Assembly (NCBI RefSeq): GCF_004010195.1 | Contig: NC_057751.1 | Location: 14,665,951 to 14,729,950 of the forward strand | From: Chiloscyllium plagiosum | Taxonomy: Eukaryota | Direction: 5' to 3' | DNA length: 64,000 nucleotides | Shown here: piece after piece, positions 1 through 12,639 of the stretch | How positions within the stretch are numbered: the first letter of the stretch is position 1 | Layout: each line of letters opens with the position of its first letter | Translations under genes and position numbers: made by a program | The notes under the pieces: generated by a model | Told to the model about the DNA's origin: nothing | The model's database searches: none | Seen by the model: the letters and a program-made list of their open reading frames with translations, nothing else

Positions 1-144
1 CAGGACAGGGACAGCACGGAGTTAGATACAGAGTAAAGCTCTCTCTACACTGTCCCCCATCAAACACTCCCAATGCTGTTGTATTTTGTGATACGATCAT
101 TTGTTCTTGTTTGAAAATTCTAATTCTTTCATCTGGTTTTCCAG

Positions 145-239
145 CTGTCCGGAAGGTCAGACTGTGAAAACTGCATGTACTCCGACATCAGACACTGTGT
201 GCGAAATAAAAATATCCCCTGCAAGAAGTCTTTCAGCAG
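145..239 (+). CDS. Death-domain TNF receptor (TNFRSF10/TRAIL-R-like), exon encoding end of last cysteine-rich domain
   Basis: ttttccag|C...GCAG|gtgagt; translates CPEGQTVKTACTPTSDTVCEIKISPARSLSA, a TNFR CRD C-terminal pattern (C-T-P-T-S-D-T-V-C); upstream exons lie outside the window. Confidence 0.85.
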
Positions 240-324
240 GTGAGTATTTCCCATAATTGATGTGCAAGAATAGTTTTGCTGTTGTGTCCCAACGTTGAAT
301 AACTGGAATGTTGTCTTTTTTCAG

Positions 325-459
325 GTGAAATTGCCGCAATCGTATTTGTTATTTCCCTGGTTATTGGGTGTGTACTGCTTGCTTGGTCCTGGAAAAAAAT
401 TGAGTGCTGCAAGGCGACGGCTAACTCCCAGGCAAATGGATGTAGGAATCAGTGGCAAG
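325..459 (+). CDS. Death-domain TNF receptor, transmembrane exon
   Basis: tttttcag|GT...CAAG|gtaaat; phase matches previous exon; GEIAAIVFVISLVIGCVLLAWSWKKIECCKATANSQANGCRNQWQ = hydrophobic helix followed by basic stop-transfer residues. Confidence 0.88.
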
Positions 460-864
460 GTAAATGTATGAATGAGTTGACAGATTTTAAGGCATACTTG
501 TTTGATTCTGGTTTGCTTATCCTCACATCTAAGGGAGCAGATATGTACCAGAGCCTTCCTTATCAGGACTGCCTTCAGCCACTGTCCCAAATATACCACA
601 CTGCTCACCCACTTCTGCTCACGTCCAAACATTTTTCCTGCTGCTACGGTTTGGCCAAGAACCGGTTCCTCCCTCGCTTCCAAATTTCCCAATTCCTCGT
701 AACATCCTGCATTTCAGAAGCTGCCCCCAAGCCCCTTCACAATCAATGACAGACGTTTGAGCACAGTCAATGACGGAGTATTGATGTAAGCACAGTGTAC
801 TCCCACAAACACTCACTTTGGGCAAACACTTGGCCTTGGCAGCACTCTGTTGGTACCAGACCTC

Positions 865-1825
865 TGAGTGTGGCACTCCGTCACTCCTGGCCCTCAGACA
901 GTGCGGCACTCCCTCAGTACTGAACCCCCGACAGTGCGGCACTCCCTCAGTACTGACCCTCCGACAGTGCAGCACTCCCTCAATACTGACCCCCCGACAG
1001 TGCAGCACTCCCTCAGTACTGAACCCCCGACAGTGCAGCACTCCCTCAGTACTGACCCTCTGACAGTGCAGCACTCCCTCAGTACTGACCCTCCAATAGT
1101 GCGGCACTCCCTCAGTACTGACCCTCCGACAGTGCGGCCCTCCCTCAGTACTGACCCTCCAATAGTGCGGCACTCCCTCAGTACTGACCCTCCGACAGTG
1201 CAGCACTCCCTCAGTACTGACCCTCTGACAGTGCCCACTCCCTCAGTACTGACCCTCTGACTGACAGTGCAGCACTCCCTCAGCACTGGCCCTCTGACGA
1301 CTCGGCACTCCCTCAGTACTGATCCTCCGACAGTGCGGCACTCCCTCAGTCCTGACCCTCTGACAGTACGGCACTCCCTCAGCACTGACCCTCCAACAGT
1401 GCAGCACTCCCTCAGTACTGACCCTCTGACAGTGTGGCACTCCCTCAGCACTGGCCCTCCAACAACTCGGCACTCCCTCAGTACTGACCCTCTGACAGTG
1501 CGGCACTCCCTCAGTACTGACCCTCTGACACTGCGGCACTCCCTCAGTACTGACCCTCTGACAGTGCCGCACTCCGTCAGTACTGACCCTCTGACAGTGC
1601 AGCACTCCCTGAGTACTGACCCTCTGACGGTGCAGCACTCCCTCTGTTCTGACCCTCAGACAGTGCGGCATTCCCTCAGTACTGACCCTCTGACAGTGTG
1701 GCACTCCCTCAGCACTGACCCTCTGACAGTGCAACACACCCTCAGTATTGACCCTCCGACAGTGCAGCACTCCCTCAGCACTGACCCTCTGACAACGCAG
1801 CACTCCCTCAGTACTGACCCTCCCT
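865..1825. repeat. 32-bp satellite array (~30 units; ACAGTGCAGCACTCCCTCAGTACTGACCCTCTG-like) in TNFR intron
   Basis: Visible tandem periodicity. Confidence 0.95.
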
Positions 1826-1998
1826 GATTCCGAACCTTTCCATTGTGCTACTCCAGCCATAGCGACCCTCTGGCAATGTGGCACCCGCTCGGTCTGCGAT
1901 AGGATTTGAAGTTGCGTTGTGGATCCCACACACGTGAACCCTGGCTCATTGGTAACGCCAAAGTGCTCTGATTGTCCCTGTCTTCTTTTTTTGTTCAG

Positions 1999-2163
1999 CC
2001 CTGGCTGTCCTCAGCATGTTGCAGTCCAAATTTGGCAATGGTGTTCACCAGGACGCAGAACAAAGAGCCGACTGTGACAGGACACTGAAGGAGGTGGCCA
2101 CAGAATCAAACCATGACAGTGCTACAACAAGTCATGAGAACCAGCATGGCGGCAGAACGAGAG
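1999..2163 (+). CDS. Death-domain TNF receptor, cytoplasmic linker exon
   Basis: Strong polypyrimidine acceptor ttcag, donor gtgagc, phase 1-1, open frame ALAVLSMLQSKFGNG...HGGRTR. Confidence 0.75.
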
Positions 2164-2692
2164 GTGAGCCTACTGTAAATACAAGGTTCTGGTCACGTCG
2201 CATATGGGGACACAGTCTCAGAGAAGGGAGCGATTGTTTCGATAAGGTGGAATTTCTTCCCTCGCAGGGATTTGGAATTCTGCACCCGAGAGGCAGTGAG
2301 TGACACGTTATGTTTGAGGATGGGTTTGACAGGTCTGTTTGTGAGAGATTGCGAAATTCCATTCAAGTCCATGATCAGCCATGATGGTGTTGAATTGTGT
2401 GAGGGGCTGAATGATCGAATCCTGCTCCTGTTTCTTTGACTCTGCTGACTCAGGTCCACCTCTTTTCTTCGTCTTGGACCTCTGAATCTCACAATCAACT
2501 CCTCCCTCTTTTGCTTGCTCCCACTGACCAGCCAATTTTGTATGAGCAGTATAATCAGTGTCGAGTATAAATACTGTACACATGCATGTCATCATGGGGG
2601 AATGGTGGTTCGGGAGATTGGTTTGGATAGCCTGCGGTCATGTTGCTGGTATTTTGTTTCTGTAATGTAAATGTCATCTCTGTGCATTACAG

Positions 2693-2727
2693 ATCCTACC
2701 TCCAGATCAACAGAAATCAATTCAGTG
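2693..2727 (+). CDS. Death-domain TNF receptor, 35-bp linker exon
   Basis: ttacag|AT...GTG|gtgagt; converts phase 1 to 0 exactly as required by neighbouring exons; DPTSRSTEINSV. Confidence 0.7.
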
Positions 2728-3620
2728 GTGAGTAAATGATGAAAAAAATCTAAGGAACTACAGACGCTGGAAATCAGAAGCAGAAATAGCTCCAAAACCT
2801 GAGCAGACCTGGCAGCATCTGCGGAGAAATGATCCCGGAACTCCAACTCTGCTTTCTCTCCACAGATGCTGCCAGGGCTTCTCAGATTTTCCAGCCATTT
2901 GTGTTTTTCTTTGTGGTGAAGTGATGAACTTGGCTGTGACAGGGTCCCGATCACCAACCCTCTCTGAACTGCTCCTGAATTGTGCTCAGTTGGCGCAGCA
3001 TTGGCATCAATGATATGGGCGGGTCCGCAGACACACTGCAGGGCTGAGGGCAAGTCAGGACATGCCTGTGACAGAACGAAAGGGGAAGGAGACTGTAAAA
3101 TCTCAACTTTCACAAGCTGTCAGCTCATGATTTGAGAAGCAGCAGCTTTCCACCATTCTCTTTTGGTTTGCAACTCTGGTCAGGTTTCATTGGGACAGAG
3201 GTGCTGCAATGTTCACACTGGGCCCATTGCAAGGGCTGATGTTACCGACATAGCAACGAGAAACAAGTGTTGACCTGTTGAGCCTGTTCTGCCGTTCAAT
3301 AAGATCATGACTGATCAGATTTTCACCTCAGCTTGACATTCCTGCATCCCCGATCATTTTTCATCACTTTAAAAATATTTAAGGATTCTGGCTTTTGAAG
3401 AAGGGAGTTCTGAAGCCTCTGAACCCGTTGATAGAAAGAAAATGTGTCCTCAGTCCGGCCACCCCTTATTTTTAAACACCAACCCTGGGTCCTGGATGTC
3501 CCACTAAAAGGACGCGAGAGTGTGATGCTGGGAAAGCACAGGCAGCATCCGAGGAGCAGGAGAATCGACGTTTTGGACAAAAGCCCTTCATCAGGAATGG
3601 AAATCCTAGCAGTCTGGGAT

Positions 3621-3910
3621 GGCATGGTGTCTCAGTGGTTAGCACTGCTGCCTCGCAGTGCCAGGGACTTTGGTTCCATCCCTGCCTTGGGCAACAGTCT
3701 GTGTGGAGTTTGCACGTTCTCCCCATGTCTGCGTGGGTTTCCTCCCACAGTCCAAAGATGTGCAGGTTCGGTGAATTGGCCGTGCTAAATTGCATTCGTC
3801 GGGTAAATATAGGGTCGGGGAATGGGTCTGGGTGTGTCGCTCTTCAGAGGGTCGGTGTGGACTTGTTGGGCCAAATGGCCTGTTTCCATACTGTAGGGAA
3901 TCTAATCTTA
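3621..3910 (+). mobile_element. HE1-type tRNA-derived SINE
   Basis: tRNA-like head, TGTGTGGAGTTTGCAC...GGGTTTCCTCC core, LINE-like tail with AATCT repeats. Confidence 0.88.
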
Positions 3911-3913
3911 TTC

Positions 3914-3941
3914 CTGATGAAGGGCATTTGCCCGAAACGTC
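3914..3941 (+). ncRNA. Minimal hammerhead ribozyme core (Penelope-associated type), intact
   Basis: CTGATGA-A-GGGC-ATTT-GCCC-GAAA-C-GTC. Confidence 0.65.
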
Positions 3942-4494
3942 AATTCTCCTGCTCCCTGGACGCTGCCTGTGTTTGTCCAGCACCACACGCCCCACTCTAA
4001 TCTCCAGCATCTGCACTCCTCACTTTTGCCACTAAAAAGAAATGTCCTTTCAACATCTAACCAGTTGAGTCCCATCTGGATCTTCGGCATTTCAATTAAG
4101 TCACCTCTGGACTCTTCCAAATTCCAGAGGATACAGGCCTAGTCCGTCAAGCTAGTCCTCATGACGCAATCTGGGTATTGGTGTGGACTGTGGGGTTTAT
4201 GAGAATGAGGGATGCCCGTAAGTGTCTCAAGGCCAACTTGGAATGGGGAACAAAATGCTAGCAGCCAGTAATGCCCACATCCCACCAGTGAACGAAATTG
4301 TAGGTTTGATTCAAGGGGCATTAACATCAGCATGGCGGCTGGGCTGAGTGGCCTGGGCAATTTTTTACGAGTTGGTTCCATTGAAATAACGGAAGTTCTG
4401 ATAGGGCTTGATAACCTGGGTTTGAAGAGACATAACCTCAGTACCCTGAAATGTGGAGAGATGTCTTTGCTCAGAGGGTTGTGAATCTTGGACA

Positions 4495-5215
4495 TTTTTA
4501 GCATTCATTGCCCATCCCTCGTTGCCCTTAAGAAGGTGGTGATGAGCTGCCTTCTTGAACCTCTGCTGTACATCGAACTACAGTGCTATTCCAGAGGGCA
4601 TTCCACGTTTTTCGACTCAGCGACGCTGAAGGAGTGGCGATATGTTTTCAGGTCAGGGTTCCTTTCTTGTTCGGAGGTGGGACGTGGGCATTACTGGCTG
4701 CTAGCATTTTGTTTCCCCTTCCAAGTTGACCTTGGGAAGGTGGTGGGGAGCTGCCATCCTGAACCACTGCAATTCACATGCTGTAGGTAGAGCCTTCATG
4801 TCCTTTGGGATGGACGGTAACTTGCAGGCAATGACGTTCACACGTAAATGCTGCCCTTGTCCTTCTAGATGGTAGTGGTCATGGGTTTGGAAGGTGCTGT
4901 CTCACAATCCTTGGTGTATTTCTGCAGTGCAGCTTGTAGGTGGTACACTCACCGCTGTAACTCAGCGTCAGTGGTGGAGGGAGTGAATGTTTTTGAGTGT
5001 GGCGCTAATCAAGCGGGGCCTGCTTTCTCCTGGATGTGTTGACCTTCTTGAGTGTTTATTGGAGCTGCCCCCATCCAGAGCAAGTGGGGAATATTCCATC
5101 ACATTCACACATGAATCCTGTCGATTTGGGTCAGGCTTTGGGAGTCAGGAGATGAGTTACTCGCCACAGGATTCCCAGCCTCTGACCTGCTCTTGTAGTT
5201 ACAGTTTTTAGATGG
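4495..5215 (-). mobile_element. Second LINE family 3' fragment (CR1/L2 group); other copies ~38600-38850 (+) and 56130-56700 (-)
   Basis: KAQVR...PL...AAPTTLEKLDTIQ-like RT C-terminal motif shared among copies. Confidence 0.65.
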
Positions 5216-5968
5216 CTGGTCAGGTTTGGTTCTGGTCATTCTCCACCCACGAAGTCTGATTAATGAGTACATTTGAGACATATCGATAGAAATGGGAAAA
5301 TCAGCTGGGCTGACGGAGTTGATGTTAGAGTTCAATCATGATCTTATTGAATGGCGTGGGGTGTGGTGAGAGAGGCCAGGTGACCCACTCCCAGTTGTGT
5401 TTCCTACACGCTGCCTACAGTTGCTGTACCGTTCTCATTACCTGATTGATTAAGTGTTGCAGAGACCACCATCACCACCAAAACCAACACGACCCCCACC
5501 CCCACCCACAAGGAGAACTAAATTTCCCCAATTCACAGCACTGCATCTATTTGCTGATCATCAGTTAATTCCTCTTCAATTCTGAATACATCCTAGGGTC
5601 CTCCAAAGCTCTTTTCCTAGGATCCCTTTGTCACAAAATGCGAAATGATCTTATGGACAGGGTATGAGGAGCGTCCCGGTGTTTTGTGCCAAGATGGTCT
5701 AATGTCTCAGGGTTCCGGACAGATCTGTAATAAACCGTATCCGAATTCCACAGAGATTTGCTTTCAACCTTCAGTAAGTCGGGTCATTATTGGCACAGAG
5801 GATGGCCATTCAGCCCCTCAAAATTCATGTTGGCTGTCTGTACAGCAATCTAGTCAGTCACGTTGCCCCACCTCTGAGAACTTGTTTACTGAAGTGCCTG
5901 TCCAATTGCCTGTTGAAATCGTCTCAGGAAGTGCTTCCTATTCAGTTATTGAGCGATCGAGTGAGAAA

Positions 5969-6272
5969 GGCACAGTGGCTCAATGGTTAGCACTGCTGCT
6001 CTCGCAGAGCCAGGGACCCGGGTTCAATTCCCACCTTGGGCAGCTGTCTGTGTGAGTTTCTTTCGAGTACTCCAGTTTCCACCCGCAGTACAAAGATGTG
6101 CTGGTTAAGTGAATCGGCTGTGCTAATTGCCCATAGTGTTCAGGGATTTGTCGGTTAGTTGCATTCGTCAGGGGTAAATGTTGAGTAATAGTGGAGGGGA
6201 ATGGGTCTGGGTGGCTTCCTCTTCGGAGGGTGGTTGTGGACTTGATGAGCCAAATTGCCTGTTTCCATGGTT
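5969..6272 (+). mobile_element. HE1-type SINE
   Basis: Same consensus. Confidence 0.85.
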
Positions 6273-6295
6273 CTGTGATATCTGTCTTCTCCCAG

Positions 6296-6589
6296 CAGGA
6301 TATTAGGAGCCCAGCTACCACTGGTGAGAAACTGGCCAATGATCTGAGCCAAGATCAGGATGAGAGGATGAGTTTATTACCAGGGAGCTCAACTCGTTTC
6401 GTGCAAAGCTCACCTGGGATGACCTCTGGCTCCGTGAGTGACCCTTTGCTGGGGAAGCCTCAGCTCAAACCACAGATGGGAATTTTCAGTCCACCTCACG
6501 CTCGAGCTGAGGCCAGTTGGACCGGAGATGCTTCATTGTCGCATTCATTCAGCACCCAGCCTGAGGAGCAGTCCCCTGTTCAATGCAAG
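6296..6589 (+). CDS. Death-domain TNF receptor, Ser/Pro-rich linker exon
   Basis: cttctcccag|CAG (NAGNAG) acceptor, AAG|gtaagt donor, phase 0-0, 98 open codons QDIRSPATTG...SPVQCK. Confidence 0.75.
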
Positions 6590-7985
6590 GTAAGTCCACG
6601 AGAAAACATATCCACGTTAAGCCTCATCCTTGGGGTGGTGAGTGGGCAAGACAGGGAATATATGATATTATCCATTTTGTTGGGAAGATTGGAAAAACAA
6701 AATAAGTTTGAAAAGATGAGAGACTGGGAAATGTTGGTGTTTCAAAGCATTTGAGTGTCCTTGTCTGTGAGACACAGGAAGTGAAAATCCAGGTGAAGCA
6801 AGCAATTGGGAGACCCAGTGGCATGCTGACCCTTACTACAATGCGGTGACAGTATTAGAGTTCAGGAAGCCCACTGCATTGATGTGAGGCTTTTGTAAGA
6901 CCACATCTGGAACACGGTGCACAGTTTTGCTCTCTACCTCTCAGGAAATACAACACAGAAACAGACCCTTCGGTGTAACACGTCCATGATGATGAGTTTC
7001 CCGAAATAAACTATACCACTTGTCTGCATTTGGCCCATGAACCTCCAAACCTTTCCTGTTCACGTACCTGTCCAAAAGTCTTATAAATGTTGTAACTTAC
7101 CTGCATCCACCACTTCCTCTGGCAGTTCATTCCATGCACGTGCCACCCTCTGTGTGAATAAGTCATCTTTCTCCTCTTACATTTAAAAATGTGTTCCCTA
7201 GTTCTGAACTCACATGTACATGGCTTCGAGTGAGTGCGACAAAGGTTCACTGGATTGATCTCTCTCAGACTGTCCTATGAGCAGAGATAGTGTAGATTGG
7301 CCCCATACTCCCTGGAATTTAGCCGAATGAGAGGTCGAAATGCGTAATGATTCTCAACGACCTGCCAGAATGCATGGTGGGAGGTGGCTTTCCCTGGTTT
7401 GGGAATCTCAAATGATGGGGTCACAGTTCTAGCCATTTAGGGCTGAGGTGAGGTCGAAATTTCTTCACACAGAGGTTGGCAAACCTTTTTAATTTTCTAC
7501 CTCAGAGGGTCATGAATTCTCAGGCATTGAGTTTATCCTCAACAGAGGTTGGAAGATTATTTTGTTCCCTGAAGGACTTGAAGGGCAGTGGCATTCGGAT
7601 TTTGTGCATGGGGAGAGGTTGCATTCAAGCCTAAGGTCAGCCAAGACCTGACTGAATGGCTTGAGGCCTGTTCGCATCCCTTTTCGTTTTGTTGTAGTTT
7701 TCGGGAGTTCAGCAGCTTAATCCATTTCACTTGACGCGTTAAATTGAATTCTGAGGGAAGTTTTCTCACTTTCGATTTAACACGCCAACTTGGTTTGGCA
7801 TCAAATTTTAGCAGCATGACAATTCGCAAAACGCTCATCCCTGTTGGCCCTGAACACACGACGCTCAACAATGTCTGTGCACATAAGAACCTGGACAGTA
7901 ATTGTCAGCACCGACCTGCGTTACAGTTACAAAAGGTTGAACACCTTCACCTTTTAATTTCAGTTTGTTAACCTGTATTTTACAG

Positions 7986-8034
7986 GAAAGTCCTCATCCT
8001 TTTCAGCTTGCTGAAGAATTGTCTCAAAGCAAAG
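7986..8034 (+). CDS. Death-domain TNF receptor, pre-death-domain exon
   Basis: ttttacag|GAA...AAAG|gtaagc; phase 0-1; ESPHPFQLAEELSQSK. Confidence 0.75.
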
Positions 8035-9407
8035 GTAAGCTTCTTGGTGATTTACTTTGTTGGGGTCTTGTGACTGATGAGTAATTTCTTTTCAGTTTCT
8101 CTTCAGTTCTCAGGTTTTAATCCTGATTTTTTTGCTGTATCCTCCTATGATTTTCACCCCTCTCTTATCCTGCTGATCAGGTCCTCTCTCTGATATGTGT
8201 GCTCCTCCAATTCTGGCCTCTTGAGTATCCCAAGTCTCTACAGCTCCACCATTGGTGGCCGTGTCTTCAGCTGACTTGCCTCCGAGCTCTGGAAATGCCT
8301 TCCTGCACCTCTCTAGCATCGTCTCTATTCTTTTTAAAACCTGCTTCTTTGACCAAACTATTTGTCACCTGTCCTGTTATCTCCCTTTGCGACTGGCTGG
8401 CGAAACTTCTCTGTTAAATTTTTCTGTGGGTATGCACTGGGCGAAAGGTGCGATATTGATGCAGTAGCTTGCGTTTGTCATTTGTCAGGCTCTGGTGAGC
8501 AGCCTGTTCACGGGCGGGTCAACGTTGGCTGGAGGGAGAGTTCTGGGGAGAATCAGGTCCCAACCCTCATGTGTATCTCTCCAGAGTTTAGCTGTACATC
8601 TCAACTGAGGTTTCTGCTGTTGCAAGGACAGGGTGTCACCAGTTTCCTGTGAGATATGAAGGTGCTGATTCACTCTGATATATCACCAGAACAGCCCTAG
8701 CAGACGTCACTGTCAGCTGTCACACGAGATAGGCAGACTACTGGATAGCGAACACATCTAAGCTTGGGTTGCTGTCGATCATACAGGGGTTGGCAGGTAC
8801 CTGGTTTGGATCCATTTGCCCAGACTGAACAGTCTCTGATCAAGTCCCTTCCCTTTGTGATTCTCCCTTAGCTTTGAGAATGGAGGTGACATGATGGTAA
8901 TGTCATTGACCGCAAACCCAGGGGCCTGGGCTCATGATCTGGGAAACAAAAACACAAACCCAGCAGGTCGGCAGCATCGGTGGAGAGAAAGCAGAATTAA
9001 CATTTCAAGTCCAGAACTAAGTTCTGAACTCGCAATTGTATGTAAGCTCACATCAGCACATCGGCTACTTGCTGAGGAACAGACAATCAAATACTGAAAC
9101 AATTATTTAAACTTTATGGCAAAATGTGACCAGACGAAGACCCCCAAGTCAGCAAGTTAAGCCTCACAAACCAACTTGGCTATTACCCATTAACGGTGGA
9201 ATTGAGCCATGATCCCAACTAACAGTGTCTGTCTCTGGGTGTGTCCAGGGTTCGACCCTTACGCAGCATTGTTCTCCAGAATTCTGCTGAAGAAGAATCC
9301 TGGAACTTGTGTCGTATTTTCTGACCTTCAAGCTTACGATGTGACATTCTTGGTGAAGCCCTCAAAAGTCTGGAGCTTATTTTCTTGTCAGGAGTAGTTT
9401 ATCAGTT

Positions 9408-9716
9408 TAGATTAGATTCCCTACGGTGTGGAAACAGGCCCATCACGTTCACACCGTCCCTGCGAAAAGAAATCCACCCAGAGGCTTTCCCATACCCAAT
9501 ATTTACTCCTGACCAGTGCACCCAACACGATGGGCGATTTAGCATGGCCCACGTCACCGATCCTGCACATTTTTGGAGTGTGGGAGGAAACTGGAGCAAA
9601 CCCACATAGACACAGGGAGAATGTGCAAACTCCATACAAACAGTTGCCCGAGGCTGGAATCAAACCCAGGTCCTTGGCGCTGTGAGGCAGCAGTGCTAAC
9701 CACTGAGCCACCATGC
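9408..9716 (-). mobile_element. HE1-type SINE
   Basis: Reverse complement of the consensus. Confidence 0.87.
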
Positions 9717-10328
9717 CAACCCTTTGTTCTTTGTTATATTCAGTGTTAGCTGTCTGTTTAAAACACAGCTTGTCCTGAAATTAACTCCTTAAGATTTTCT
9801 GCATTTGCCCTTGTGGAGTAAGGCAGTCAGTTGGCAAGCAGTTGTTCGAACAGGTTTCTTTATGGAGCTGTAACTCCTTCTTTTCTGAGGCGTGGCTAAT
9901 TGTTTTCAATTCCTCCATAACAGCTCATCCTTGTCTCTTACCAGCTTATTCCAGACAGAGTAATTTCTGATTCTCTCAATCCACGAACAGTTCTGAAGTT
10001 TACAGAATAACGCAATGACGAGTTAACTGCTATCTGAATTGATCCGAGTAAGCTGACCAGTTCAGGGGCAATTAGAGTTGGGCCACAAATGTTGTCCTTT
10101 CCCAAGGATGGCTACATTCCTTCCAAGAATGAAGATGAACAAAAAAAACAAAACACACTCCAGTGAAATGAGTTGATTCACTCCAGCCTGAAGCCCTCTA
10201 TTTTACGCTGCACGCCCTGCACTCTCTTGTGTGGTGGTCAGGTGCATGACTGATCTCTCGGGTAATTTAGCTCTCTGAAAGTGACGACATGAAAATGAAA
10301 ATCTTTTAACGTGCTGATGTCTTTTCAG

Positions 10329-10615
10329 ATTTGTCACAGTATTTCCCGTACTTTCTGGATTCCGTCCCTATCAGAAGATTCAAGGAGTTTATGCGGAAAC
10401 TTCAGCTGACTGAAAATGAAATTGACGAGGCTGAACGCAACAATGCAAATAACATTAGGGAAGGACATTATCAGATGCTGCGTATTTGGTCTCAGAAACA
10501 GGGTAAAAAAGCCTCGATTACATTTCTACTGCAGGCTCTATGTGACATGGAACTGGTAAAAGCAGCGAATGACATATATCATTGTGTCGTCAATCATGGA
10601 ACCAAAGTGCACTGA
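10329..10615 (+). CDS. Death-domain TNF receptor (TNFRSF10-like), terminal exon encoding the death domain
   Basis: cttttcag acceptor; DLSQYFPYFLDSVPIRRFKEFMRKLQLTENEIDEAERNNANNIREGHYQMLRIWSQKQGKKASITFLLQALCDMEL... matches the death-receptor DD pattern; family assignment supported by proximity to CHMP7. Confidence 0.9.
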
Positions 10616-10908
10616 ATTTCAGGAATGATTTTGCAGAAACGCTTGATGAGAAATGCAAGCATTTAGCACGAGATCTGCTGGAGCCAGCACGGACTGGCAG
10701 TGCACTGCACTTTGGCCTTGAAACATTGGAAAGAACTCCATGCTCAGCGACTACAGATTATGCTGAAGCAAAAGGACAACACAACATTCTCAATTTTCGT
10801 GTTAGCATCTCCAGCCCTGAGATTCTTCAGCAAGGAAGTTTAATGCACTTGTCTCAAGCATAGAAACTAGTTCGGTCAAATAATTATTTGTATTTTTTAA
10901 GCTATTTT

Positions 10909-10914
10909 AATAAA
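10909..10914 (+). terminator. Candidate polyadenylation signal of the TNF receptor gene
   Basis: AATAAA ~295 nt after the stop, within AU-rich sequence. Confidence 0.5.
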
Positions 10915-11609
10915 GTTATTTTTAAAGACTATAAAACCTTAATAACATTTGACTCCACATGACAGGATGGAATTTTGAATCAATGAAGAATGGAGAATTG
11001 AACCTGTTTTATTGACAAAGTACAATCAGGGCTGAGACAGACAGATTAATGATCAGAAAGGAAATAGAGGATTATGGGCGTTGGAGCTTGTGTTTTTAAG
11101 TGATACAAAAATGGCCAGACTTTAAAAAAAAAAGCTTTCTTCAGCATAAGTGAAAGATAACGGTGCCTTTGAGAAAGTGAGTTTTTAAGGCACAAGGGAG
11201 CATTGTCTAACAAGTTACAAGAAACATTCAAGGATAAAGATTTCGAAGATTTGTAACAATGTAGAAATAATGAAAGTGTAACTCAAAGATAGAAAGTTCC
11301 CAAGGCCTCGAGGTTACAATAACTGCGAAACGACATGAAAAAAAAACTAAGAACCATAGGAGTGTCCATCATTGATCAGGTGTTTACAAGATTGGTCGCA
11401 CAGAAGAGAAGGAGGTGGTACATTAACTTTGTTATGTATGATCATTGTAACACAAAATGTATAAAACTACTGCTTTTTACGATAAAATCAGAGTGTGTCG
11501 TCAATCTCTCTTCCAATTTGAGCTGAAGATTAAGGAAATGATTGTGTTTTCACATTGAAGCCAGATTTGGGAAAGATCCTTTGGCCCTCTCCCTGCACTA
11601 ATTTTGTAT

Positions 11610-11895
11610 GACATGGTGGCTCAGTGGTTAGCACTGCTGCCTCACCGTGCCAGGTTGAATTCCCACCTTGGGTGACTGTCTGTGTGGAGTTTGCACATTC
11701 TCCCGGTGTCTGTGAGGGTTTCCTCCCACACTCTAAAGATGTACAGGTCAAGTGAATTGGCCTTGCTAATTTATCCATAGTGTTACGTGCATTAGTCAGA
11801 GGGAAATGGGTCTGGGTGGGTTACTCTCTGGAGGGTCAATGTGGACTTGGAGGGACGAAGGGTCTGTTTCCACACTGTATGGAATCTAATCTAAC
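11610..11895 (+). mobile_element. HE1-type SINE (a further degenerate copy at ~12140-12445)
   Basis: Same consensus. Confidence 0.87.
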
Positions 11896-12639
11896 TGAAT
11901 ACAAGTCCACTGTATCCTGAATCTTCATCCTTGGTTGGAGGAAGCTTGCTCTTATAATGGGGGAAAGGCAGGAAAATAGAGTTACAGATCATCAGATCAA
12001 TGCTTCATTTTGTTGAATGCTGAGCAGAATCAAGGGGCTGAATGGCCAGCCTCTGCTCTTGTACCTTATGGTCTTCTGGATCTGTTAGTTAGAGGCCAAC
12101 TAATATTTTATTGGGAATATTCTAAATTGTTTCATTCATGGTCGGCTCAGTGGTTCACACTACTGCCTCATAATTCAGTTCCAGCCTTGGGTGGCTGTGT
12201 AGTGTTTGCACGTTCTCCCTATGTCTGCCTGGGTTTCCTCCCAGTGCTTCAGTATCCTTCTATAGATATACAGGTTAGGTAGGTTGGTCGTGCTAAATTG
12301 CCCTGCAGCATCTTGGGATGTGCAGGTTGGATGGGTTAGTCATAATAAGAAGAAAAAAGGGTGTGTAGGATGGGATGCTGTACAGAGGATCAGTGCAGAA
12401 TTGATGGGCCAAATGGCCTCCTCTGTACTGTAGCGATTCTATGATGATGATATCACTAAGGAATTGCCAGTTGGTCATAGTATGATGCTCCTGTAAACAG
12501 CGAGATGTTTCGGAACAACAGAAATATCAGAGTTTAGGGTTCACTGTAAGGTGATTGCTGCAGCCAATTCAGTGAGAGAAAGAGAGAGAGACACAAACAA
12601 CACAGGGCGAGGGTGATTATATTTTCTCAACCAAGTTCA

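Larger units (their letters stand above)
3515..4030. mobile_element. Penelope-derived inverted-repeat element interrupted by an HE1-type SINE (3621-3910)
   Basis: Arms 3515-3598 and 3910-4000 are reverse complements; same family at ~18470-18640, 19395-19665, 38860-38970, 43775-43950, 54050-54180, 59038-59250. Confidence 0.75.

Noticed and set aside
619..1929. Long overlapping ORFs (RVSTEGVLHC / HSLSTDPLT), also at 31382-34378
   Set aside because: Translations of the 32-bp satellite, open in several frames on both strands
3621..3700. tRNA-like sequences (TGGCTCAGTGGTTAGCAC...GGTTCGATTCC) at many sites
   Set aside because: They are SINE heads continuing into the SINE body, not tRNA genes
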